DNA of 16,491 nucleotides, taken from assembly GCA_964388035.1 (NCBI GenBank), contig CAYLZE010000100.1, positions 1 to 16,491 on the forward strand, in the 5' to 3' direction. The translations under genes were made by a program, and so were the position numbers. Positions 9,372 through 16,491 of the stretch are shown piece after piece (position 1 is the first letter of the stretch; every line of letters begins with the position of its first letter). This DNA comes from an uncultured archaeon. GTDB lineage: Archaea > Asgardarchaeota > Lokiarchaeia > Sigyniarchaeales > SOKP01. The notes beneath the pieces are model-generated. The model saw nothing but the letters and a program-made list of their open reading frames with translations, searched no databases and was not told where the DNA came from.

Positions 9372-10583
9372 TTAAAATTTTATTTTAAATTCCACATGAT
9401 TTTTTATGATGTCCAAATCTTTTGAACCGCTTCCCGATAAGTTAATTATAACGATATCATCTTCTCCAAAATCTTCCTTATTTTTGTCAAGATATGCCAA
9501 GGCATGCGAGGATTCTAACGCGGGTATGATACCTTCCAAGAGACATAATTTTTTAAAAGCATTGAGGGCTTCCTCATCCGTCGCATCTCCCACCTTTAAA
9601 CGATGAAGGGTTTTTAGGAAACAATGTTCCGGACCAACTCCGGGATAGTCCAATCCTGCGCTAATGGAATGAGTTTCCATAATGTTTCCGTACTCGTTCT
9701 GGAGCAGGTATTGCATTGCTCCGTGTAATACCCCCTTGCGTCCCAATCCTAAAGCGATGGAATGTTTTTGGGTATCCTTTCCCTCGCCTGCCGCCTCAAC
9801 CCCGATCAATTGTACTTCTTCATCCTCAATAAAGTCGAAACTAATTCCAATACAGTTGCTTCCTCCTCCAATACAACTAATAATGGCATTAGGAAGCTTT
9901 CCCTCTGCTTCTAAAATTTGCAGCTTGGTTTCCATTCCAATTACCCGCTGAAATTCCCTCACCATTAAAGGATAGGGATGAGGGCCCACCACGCTTCCCA
10001 TTAGATAGTGCGTGTCATGCACATTAGAAATCCAATATCTTAAACCTTCATTAACCGCATCTTTCAGCGTTTTGGAACCTGATTTGACCGGAACGACTTC
10101 AGCGCCTAATAATTGCATTCTGTATACATTATAGGCTTGTCGCTTGACATCTATTTCTCCCATGAATACCTTAGTAGGCATTCCAAAATAGGCACCCGCA
10201 ATCGCTGTTGCAAAACCATGCTGTCCCGCACCCGTTTCTGCAACCAATTTTGTTTTACCCATCTTTTTTGCCAATAATGCTTGTCCCATGACGTTATTAA
10301 TCTTATGTGCCCCCCCATGATTGAGATCTTCTCGCTTTAAATAAACTTTGCAGCCAATATCTTCACTTAATTTTGCCGCATGATAGAGGGGAGTAGGTCT
10401 TCCACTATACTCCCTTAAAATTTGATAAAATTCATCATGGAAGCTTTCCTGAGCATTAAATTTTTTAAATGCATCCGTTAATTCCATTAAAGCAGGCATG
10501 AGAATTTCAGGAGCAAAAATACCCCCGAACTCTCCAAACTTGCCTAAATCATCCGGATATTTTCCAATATAATCCATATTCAT
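9372..10583 (-). CDS. trpB: Tryptophan synthase beta chain (TrpB1 type)
   Basis: [27 protein letters not shown] (PLP lysine), [33 protein letters not shown] and [12 protein letters not shown] motifs. ATGA overlap with the trpF stop codon; SD AGGTGG. Confidence 0.97.
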   Translation of the reverse strand: MNMDYIGKYPDDLGKFGEFGGIFAPEILMPALMELTDAFKKFNAQESFHDEFYQILREYSGRPTPLYHAAKLSEDIGCKVYLKREDLNHGGAHKINNVMGQALLAKKMGKTKLVAETGAGQHGFATAIAGAYFGMPTKVFMGEIDVKRQAYNVYRMQLLGAEVVPVKSGSKTLKDAVNEGLRYWISNVHDTHYLMGSVVGPHPYPLMVREFQRVIGMETKLQILEAEGKLPNAIISCIGGGSNCIGISFDFIEDEEVQLIGVEAAGEGKDTQKHSIALGLGRKGVLHGAMQYLLQNEYGNIMETHSISAGLDYPGVGPEHCFLKTLHRLKVGDATDEEALNAFKKLCLLEGIIPALESSHALAYLDKNKEDFGEDDIVIINLSGSGSKDLDIIKNHVEFKIKF

Positions 10584-11239
10584 TTTCCACCTTGAATTTC
10601 TTGTTTTACTTTATTTACTCTTGTTAAAAAATTTTTAATTTTTTCTGGATCCTTTACTCCTTTTTTAGATTCTAAAGAACTGCTGACATCTATTCCAAAA
10701 GGTCGTAAGGTTTTGATTAAATCTTCCACGTTATCTTCATTGATTCCGCCAGCGATGATCAACTTAGCGTGGTTGATTCTTCGCATGACTTCCGTAATAA
10801 TTTCTCGTCCAAATAATATCCCGTTTCCTTCACTACTATCTAAAAGAAAGGCATGGAAATGTTGGTGGTAAGCGTTGATTTGCTTAATTACTTCCTCTTT
10901 ATTAGTCGGATTTACTTTCAACGCTACTATGAACTTTTTTCTTTCGTTCTCCGAAAACTTTTCTAACTCCTTTAAGTCCTTGATTCCGTGTATTTGATAA
11001 TAGTTCACTTTTACTTCCTCCAATACTTGTTGAATATCATTGGAATTTCTAGCCCTAACTACAACCACGATTTTAACATTACCGGGAATTTCTTCTAGAA
11101 GTGGTATCAATTGCCTTTTCTCCAAATTTCTGGGAGATTCGGGAACATTATACACGAATCCAAGTGCCGTGGCGCCAAAATTAATGCAATTTTCAATATC
11201 AATCTTGTTTGTGAGCCCGCAAATCTTTACATGTTTCAT
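10580..11239 (-). CDS. trpF: Phosphoribosylanthranilate isomerase
   Basis: VKICGLT, ALGF, SPR, QIHG, LLDS, AGGI...NV, GIDVSS and GVKD motifs. TAATG overlap with the trpC stop codon. Confidence 0.94.
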   Translation of the reverse strand: MKHVKICGLTNKIDIENCINFGATALGFVYNVPESPRNLEKRQLIPLLEEIPGNVKIVVVVRARNSNDIQQVLEEVKVNYYQIHGIKDLKELEKFSENERKKFIVALKVNPTNKEEVIKQINAYHQHFHAFLLDSSEGNGILFGREIITEVMRRINHAKLIIAGGINEDNVEDLIKTLRPFGIDVSSSLESKKGVKDPEKIKNFLTRVNKVKQEIQGGK

Positions 11240-12063
11240 TAGAGCACCCCTCTTAATTCTAAAACTTTTTCAAATATATCATTAGACTTCATGATCGAAG
11301 TTCCAATCAAAAAGCCATCCACATTGTATTTAAGAAGGTCTTGAATCTCTTCATGAGAATGAATACCGCTTTCACTTATCACTTGCACCTCCTCTCCAAA
11401 AAGTTGTTTAATTTTGGGAGCTAATTTTTTTGAAACAGCTAAATTAATTTTTAAAGTGTTTAAATCGCGATTATTTATCCCTATTAAAGTAGGGTTCGTG
11501 CCATTTTCTTTTAACCGTTTAAGATCCTCCAATTCTTTTTCCTCGTGAATTTCAATTAGCGGTTCTAGATCATGTTGAATTGCCAAATCATGCATTTTCT
11601 CAATATCGACAATGGAATTGATTAAGAGAATATTTTTTACCCCCATTTTCTCTGCGATATCGAATTGAATTTCATCCACAATAAAATCTTTCATCAAACA
11701 AGGGAGGCTAGTTGCCCCCATGACTTTCATTAAATTTTCAAAAGAACCATTAAAGTACTCCGGCTCCGTCAGAACACTTAGACCCACTGCCCCTGATATA
11801 TCCATCTCTCTGGAAATCCTCTCGATATTGAAATTCGATCTGAGCTCCCCTAAGGTAGGAGAAGCGGGTTTTATCTCAGAAATAATGGAAATACCCTTTT
11901 CTTTTTTCAAGGCCACGCTTAATTTCTCCCTGTCATTTTGGATAAAAGCGGCTCCTTCTATTTCATGTAATATCCCTTTTTGTTCTTGGATGGTCTTTTT
12001 CCGACTCTCAACAATCTTTCTCAAAATATCTGACATCTCTTTTTTTATCCTCACATTCTTCAT
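11239..12063 (-). CDS. trpC: Indole-3-glycerol phosphate synthase
   Basis: SEIKPASP, SVLTEPEYFNGS, LMKDFI, LIEIH, IGINNRDL, ISESGI and LIGTSIM motifs. ATGA overlap with the trpD stop codon (alternative start MSDIL at 12036). Confidence 0.95.
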   Translation of the reverse strand: MKNVRIKKEMSDILRKIVESRKKTIQEQKGILHEIEGAAFIQNDREKLSVALKKEKGISIISEIKPASPTLGELRSNFNIERISREMDISGAVGLSVLTEPEYFNGSFENLMKVMGATSLPCLMKDFIVDEIQFDIAEKMGVKNILLINSIVDIEKMHDLAIQHDLEPLIEIHEEKELEDLKRLKENGTNPTLIGINNRDLNTLKINLAVSKKLAPKIKQLFGEEVQVISESGIHSHEEIQDLLKYNVDGFLIGTSIMKSNDIFEKVLELRGVL

Positions 12064-13130
12064 AAAATATGTTCTAATTGGTCTAAATTTCCTCCCGATA
12101 CTTCGATGAGTTCCTTTAATTTTGCAAGTGCACTTCCCGATTCAATTGAGTTTTTTGCAATTTCCATTCCTTCTTGAATATCTCCTACTGCATCTACGCT
12201 CATCAATCCTAAAGCGGAATTCATTAAGACGATATCCCTTTTTGCTCCGTCCTTTTGATTGTTTAAGATCCTTAAAGCTATCTTAAGATTCATTCCAAAA
12301 TCTCCCGATAATATGTCTTGAATCGAACAGTCGGGGATGCCCACATCTTCATTTGTAAGGGCATAGCTCTCCAACTTTCCCTCATGATATTCATGGATAT
12401 AATTAATCCCCACGGGAGCCATCTCGTCAATTCCGCAAGAATTATGAACAGAAAATACATGTTCAGCACCTAATCCCTCTCCTAATACTCTTGCCATTAC
12501 GGGTCCTAAGTATTTATCAAACACTCCTAAAACGTGATATTTAGCTCCCGCGGGATTGGTTAAGGGTCCAAGAATGTTAAAAACCGTCCTAATTTTTAGC
12601 TCCCGCCTCGTGGTAATCGCGTGTTTCATGGCGGGATGAAATATAGGAGCAAACATGAATCCAATTCCTACTTTTTCTATACATTCTTTCACTTTTTCCG
12701 GAGAAATATTGATATTTACTCCCAAACCCTCCAATAAGTCTGCACTTCCACAAGTACTGGTCACGGCTCTGTTTCCGTGTTTTGCAACCGATATACCGGC
12801 ACCTGCCACTACTAAAGCTGAGAGGGTACTCACGTTAAAGGTTTTTATCTTATCTCCTCCCGTTCCGCAAGTATCCAATAACTTGCCCTTTACTTCTGGC
12901 TTTATTGAATGTGCAAGATTCCTCATTGTTTTGGCAAACCCTATTATTTCTTCAATAGTTTCCCCTTTCATGCGTAATGCCACTAAAAAAGCTCCCAATT
13001 GGGAATTCGTAACCTTTCCTGACATGATCTCTCTCATCAAATTTTCTGCTTGGAGGGTCGTAAGGTCAACTCTCTCACTAACTTGCCTAATTCCATCTAA
13101 TATTTCTATTCCAATTCCTACTTCAACCAT
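12060..13130 (-). CDS. trpD: Anthranilate phosphoribosyltransferase
   Basis: LRMKGET, DTCGTGGD, FNVST, KHGNR, GSADLLE, FHPAMK, RTVFNILGPLTNP and GIDE motifs. Confidence 0.97.
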   Translation of the reverse strand: MVEVGIGIEILDGIRQVSERVDLTTLQAENLMREIMSGKVTNSQLGAFLVALRMKGETIEEIIGFAKTMRNLAHSIKPEVKGKLLDTCGTGGDKIKTFNVSTLSALVVAGAGISVAKHGNRAVTSTCGSADLLEGLGVNINISPEKVKECIEKVGIGFMFAPIFHPAMKHAITTRRELKIRTVFNILGPLTNPAGAKYHVLGVFDKYLGPVMARVLGEGLGAEHVFSVHNSCGIDEMAPVGINYIHEYHEGKLESYALTNEDVGIPDCSIQDILSGDFGMNLKIALRILNNQKDGAKRDIVLMNSALGLMSVDAVGDIQEGMEIAKNSIESGSALAKLKELIEVSGGNLDQLEHIL

Positions 13131-13140
13131 TTTTTTCTTT

Positions 13141-13147
13141 CCACCTT
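13141..13147 (-). promoter_or_regulatory. Shine-Dalgarno sequence of trpD
   Basis: AAGGTGG on the minus strand, 10 nt before ATG 13130. The same GGTGG core precedes trpB and the AbrB gene. Confidence 0.65.
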
Positions 13148-13178
13148 ATCTTGATTTATATTTAAAATTTTATTATGA

Positions 13179-13360
13179 AATTGTTCTGAATTTCTAAAAA
13201 TTGAAATTTTTTAAGATTAAGATTAGAATTTTTCCTATTCCTTGCTCTCTCGGTTTTTTAATCAGAATGATAAATTCTGAAACGAGAAGAAGGATTATTT
13301 AGTGTTATTTCAGAAAAAATTCAGAAAACAATTAGCCATTGCAAGTTTCATGCGTGCCAA
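13179..13360 (-). promoter_or_regulatory. Structured trp leader region (candidate attenuator): hairpin, U-tract and competing inverted repeats
   Basis: Imperfect hairpin at 13360-13332; U-tract at 13331-13311; long hairpin at 13294-13239 with perfect core TCAGAAT-5nt-ATTCTGA; long-range inverted repeat at 13333-13317 / 13193-13179. Confidence 0.55.
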
Positions 13361-13419
13361 CGCCAAGCCCAAATCCAAATTAAATGAGTTTTTAAAACTT
13401 TGAAAAAGTTAGCTATCAT
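13348..13419 (-). CDS. trpL: Putative trp operon leader peptide (TrpL-like), 23 aa: MIANFFKVLKTHLIWIWAWRWHA
   Basis: Manual translation: ATG ATA GCT AAC TTT TTC AAA GTT TTA AAA ACT CAT TTA ATT TGG ATT TGG GCT TGG CGT TGG CAC GCA TGA. Four TGG codons fall within 7 codons, on the operon strand, 217 nt upstream of trpD. Confidence 0.85.
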   Translation of the reverse strand: MIANFFKVLKTHLIWIWAWRWHA

Positions 13420-13455
13420 GCTTAATTCATCTAATTTGATCTGAGTTTGTTATAC

Positions 13456-13473
13456 TTATAAAATTCAGTTTCC
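13456..13473 (-). promoter_or_regulatory. Putative archaeal promoter (BRE + TATA box) for the leader and trp operon
   Basis: Minus strand reads GGAAACTGAA-TTTTATAA. The TATA-like box at 13463-13456 predicts a TSS near 13434-13430, just upstream of the leader ATG at 13419. Confidence 0.55.
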
Positions 13474-13589
13474 TTTTTATATCTTCTTCATTCCAATTTT
13501 TAACGGTTCCAATCATAAATTTTAATTACTTTCAAATTAAATACCTTCTATCAGATGTATTACGAAATTATCTATTTTGATTGATGTTC

Positions 13590-16253
13590 ATGAAAAAAGT
13601 AGAAAGGATTACCCTTGATGGGAATTGGATGCTGATGCAAGCGGAACGATCCATTAAAATTACCGCCCAAACCCCTGGCACGGTATTTGAAGCCCTATTA
13701 GAAAATAAGATCATCGAAGACCCTTTTTATGGGGAAAATGAGCATGAAATGGCATGGATATTCGAATCCGATTGGAGTTATGAAGGTACGTTCGAAGTAG
13801 AGGAAAAATTCTTGGAGCATTCTTCCATTTTACTTCGGTTCCACGGATTGGATACTATCGCAAGGGTGACTTTGAATGGATCTTCATTAGGTTCCACCAA
13901 TAACATGTTCATTACTCATGATTTTGATGTAAAAACCCTTTTAAAAAATGGCATTAACGTTTTGAAGTTAGAATTTACGAGTCCCACACGGAAAGCACGA
14001 GAAGAGATCGAACTTCACGGAGATTATTTGAACACCGGACAAGATGCACTTCCCGGAGTTCCTTATTTGAGAAAAGCGCAATACTCTTTTGGTTGGGACT
14101 GGGGTCCTAAATTGCCAGATATTGGGATTTTTAGACCCATTGAATTAATCGGTTTTGATACCGTGAAAATCGAGTCCGTTCACGCTATCCAGAAGTTTAC
14201 TTATAACGAAAATCCCTTAGAAAATGTTGATCCAGAAAGGATTCCTAATATCAAGATAGAGTCTGTCCAATTTAAAGTAAATGTCGAGGTAGATTCAACC
14301 ATGGAAAATATCGAAACTCTTGGCTATACCCTTCACTTGTCCTTAAAATTACAAGATAAGGAAATTATCACTAAGAACGCCCCTCTCAGGACAAAAGTGC
14401 AATCTTTTGAATTTACTATTAATGGTCCTCAATTGTGGTGGACCCATGATTTAGGCACGCCAGAGCTCCATGACTTGACAGTTTCCATTACCAGCGCAGA
14501 ACTAATTGATTATCATTCCCAAAAAATTGGAGTAAGAGACCTACAACTCGTCAGAAAGCCTGATAAGTGGGGTGAAACCTTCTATTTTCTCTTAAATGGG
14601 GTACCCGTGTTTGCAAAAGGTGCGAATTGGATTCCCGTTGACAGTTTCATTCCAAGGGGCAAGAGACTGGGACTTTATCAACAAAACTTGAAAGATGCAA
14701 AAGAAGCGAACATGAATTGCATTCGCGTGTGGGGTGGGGGAATTTACGAGGAAGACCTATTCTATGACCTTTGCGACGAGCTAGGTTTTTTAGTCTGGCA
14801 GGACTTTCCCTTTGCATGTGCGATATATCCTTATCATGAAGAATTCGTAGAAAATGTTAAGATAGAAGCAAGCCAGAACATCAAACGATTGCGACACCAC
14901 CCCAGCCTCGCGTTATGGTGCGGAAATAATGAGATTGAAGTCATGTGGGTATTTGCATTGGTTAATACGCAAATATTAAATTCAAATGAATTCCCAAACT
15001 ATATAAAAAGAATTCTTGATGCTGAAAGAAGTGCAAAAGTAAAAGCTTACGAAGAAGGATATGCAAAAATGTTTAATGAAATCCTTCCTCGACTGGTCAA
15101 GACTCACGATCCCACCCGTCCTTATTGGCCCTCTTCCCCATCAAATGCGAATCCCGAAAAACCCATTGATTTTGAAAATGCGAACTCCACAGATTTCGGG
15201 GACATGCATAATTGGAGCGTGTGGCACGGAGGCAAAGCTTTTAGTACATACCGGACTTGTGATTCTCGTTTCGTGTCCGAGTTTGGGTTTGAATCCTTTC
15301 CATCTCTGAAAACCATCAAGGAATTCTGTCCTCCCGATCAGTTCGACTTTAAATCCCCCATCATGCAAAATCATCAAAAAAATGCTGCGGGAAACAGTAA
15401 GATCATGCGATACATGAAAAAACGCTTTTCAATCCCGCAGAAATTTGAACAACAAGTTATTTTATCCCAAATAACGCAAGCTGAAGCTATTGAATACGGC
15501 GTGGAGCACTGGCGCCAAAATCGGAATGAAAACCATTGCATGGGGGCGCTCTATTGGCAACTCAATGATTGTTGGCCCGTCGCCTCATGGGCATCTCTTG
15601 ATTATTTTGGCCGATGGAAAGCCTTGCATTATCTTGCAAAACGGTTCTATCAACCTCTCTTCGCAAGTGTCAAGGAAGAGCAGGATCTAGTAGAATTCTG
15701 GGTTACTAATGATGGCAGAACGCCTCGTACAGTCACTTTAACCTGGAGTATCTTGAATTCTGGCGGAATCCAACTGATGAGTGGTTCTAAAAGCATGAAA
15801 GTACCCCCTTGCAGTTCACGTATCACGGAAGAGGTGGATACTTCCACCATGAACAAGGACAAAAATGAAATGAGGAATAATGTCATTTTTTATTCTCTCC
15901 GAGATAATGAGAACAATAATTCCATCATCATCCGCGGATTTCGTTTGTTTGACCATCCCAAATTCTTTACCCTCAAGGATCCTCAGCTTTCCCATATGAT
16001 TGAAAAACTACCAGACAAAAATGAAGCCCCCCCTACATATCGAATGACCATTATCGCAAAAAGTATTGCCCTCTACGTGCATATTGAATCTGATATTGTG
16101 GATTTTTTGGCTTCGGATAACTTTTTTTCCATGGAACCCGAAGAATCTCGAACGATTATTTTGAAAATTATTAATAATAAAAAGGCTAAAAACGTTTCAA
16201 ACGAGATAATTAGTAATTCATTTAAAGTCCAATCTCTTTATGATTTGAAATGA
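13590..16253 (+). CDS. Beta-mannosidase, glycoside hydrolase family 2 (likely cytoplasmic)
   Basis: FHGLDT, RKAQYSFGWDWGP, KGANWIP, NCIRVWGGG, WQDFPFAC, WCGNNE (acid/base Glu), DMHNW, FVSEFG (nucleophile) and YWQLNDCWP motifs. No obvious signal peptide. Start is one of 13581, 13584 or 13590. Confidence 0.93.
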   Translation: MKKVERITLDGNWMLMQAERSIKITAQTPGTVFEALLENKIIEDPFYGENEHEMAWIFESDWSYEGTFEVEEKFLEHSSILLRFHGLDTIARVTLNGSSLGSTNNMFITHDFDVKTLLKNGINVLKLEFTSPTRKAREEIELHGDYLNTGQDALPGVPYLRKAQYSFGWDWGPKLPDIGIFRPIELIGFDTVKIESVHAIQKFTYNENPLENVDPERIPNIKIESVQFKVNVEVDSTMENIETLGYTLHLSLKLQDKEIITKNAPLRTKVQSFEFTINGPQLWWTHDLGTPELHDLTVSITSAELIDYHSQKIGVRDLQLVRKPDKWGETFYFLLNGVPVFAKGANWIPVDSFIPRGKRLGLYQQNLKDAKEANMNCIRVWGGGIYEEDLFYDLCDELGFLVWQDFPFACAIYPYHEEFVENVKIEASQNIKRLRHHPSLALWCGNNEIEVMWVFALVNTQILNSNEFPNYIKRILDAERSAKVKAYEEGYAKMFNEILPRLVKTHDPTRPYWPSSPSNANPEKPIDFENANSTDFGDMHNWSVWHGGKAFSTYRTCDSRFVSEFGFESFPSLKTIKEFCPPDQFDFKSPIMQNHQKNAAGNSKIMRYMKKRFSIPQKFEQQVILSQITQAEAIEYGVEHWRQNRNENHCMGALYWQLNDCWPVASWASLDYFGRWKALHYLAKRFYQPLFASVKEEQDLVEFWVTNDGRTPRTVTLTWSILNSGGIQLMSGSKSMKVPPCSSRITEEVDTSTMNKDKNEMRNNVIFYSLRDNENNNSIIIRGFRLFDHPKFFTLKDPQLSHMIEKLPDKNEAPPTYRMTIIAKSIALYVHIESDIVDFLASDNFFSMEPEESRTIILKIINNKKAKNVSNEIISNSFKVQSLYDLK

Positions 16254-16439
16254 ACGCTTTTTGTCATTTCTCAATTTAATATAGATAGCAAATTTGAAAT
16301 GAAACATGCTAACTGTATTAAAAAGGTATAAGGGAAAGGTAAAAAATATACAATTTCTTCTTAAAAATCAATTCTCCTCCCATTCCTCAAGAATTAATTT
16401 TTTTTCCACTGATGATGCGATACATATAAATTATTTTAG

Positions 16440-16491
16440 CTAACTTTTTTGCTCTTCTAAAGCTTTCAAAAAAGCTCTCTCAAAAGCTCTC
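16440..16491 (-). CDS. Possible 3' end of a gene entering from the right edge (...RAFERAFLKALEEQKS*)
   Basis: Open helical-looking frame ending at TAG 16442-16440. Too short to assign. Confidence 0.3.
   Translation of the reverse strand, partial: RAFERAFLKALEEQKS

Noticed and set aside
12655-13197. 180-aa plus-strand ORF antisense to trpD, and similar shadow ORFs at 11720-12109, 9682-9951, 2817-3080, 1749-1937 and others
   Set aside because: They lie on the opposite strand of well-conserved genes, carry no recognisable motifs, and are explained by antisense codon bias.
13131-13440. T-box riboswitch or TRAP-binding (G/U)AG repeat array as the trp control element
   Set aside because: I found no T-box consensus (AGGGUGGNACCGCG) and no regularly spaced NAG triplet array. 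The Trp-codon ORF explains the region better.
16405-16445. Box C-like TGATGA suggesting a C/D sRNA
   Set aside because: No matching box D (CTGA) at a suitable distance downstream.
1-16491. CRISPR array, tRNA, rRNA or intact IS element
   Set aside because: No regularly spaced repeats, cloverleaf or rRNA-like segments, or intact transposase ORF were seen by eye.

Overview
AT-rich prokaryotic window, most likely archaeal and possibly Asgard/Lokiarchaeia-like. That assignment is an inference from the archaeal-type VapB antitoxin, TATA-like boxes and GGTGG Shine-Dalgarno motifs, not from a marker gene. The core is a complete seven-gene tryptophan operon on the minus strand in the order trpD-trpC-trpF-trpB-trpA-trpE-trpG (13130 to 6390), transcribed divergently from a GH2 beta-mannosidase. 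The main finding is absent from the ORF track: a 23-codon Trp-rich leader ORF (13419 to 13348, MIANFFKVLKTHLIWIWAWRWHA*). It lies just downstream of a TATA-like box and is followed by a hairpin, a U-tract and a roughly 200-nt leader with competing inverted repeats. This is a candidate ribosome-dependent Trp attenuator in an apparently archaeal context. The left half is accessory and partly decayed. It holds a nonsense-interrupted membrane metal-dependent hydrolase, an M55 (DppA-type) peptidase, a GPH-family MFS transporter, an alpha/beta hydrolase, and two toxin-antitoxin loci with truncated PIN toxins, one cut exactly at the 3' end of trpG.
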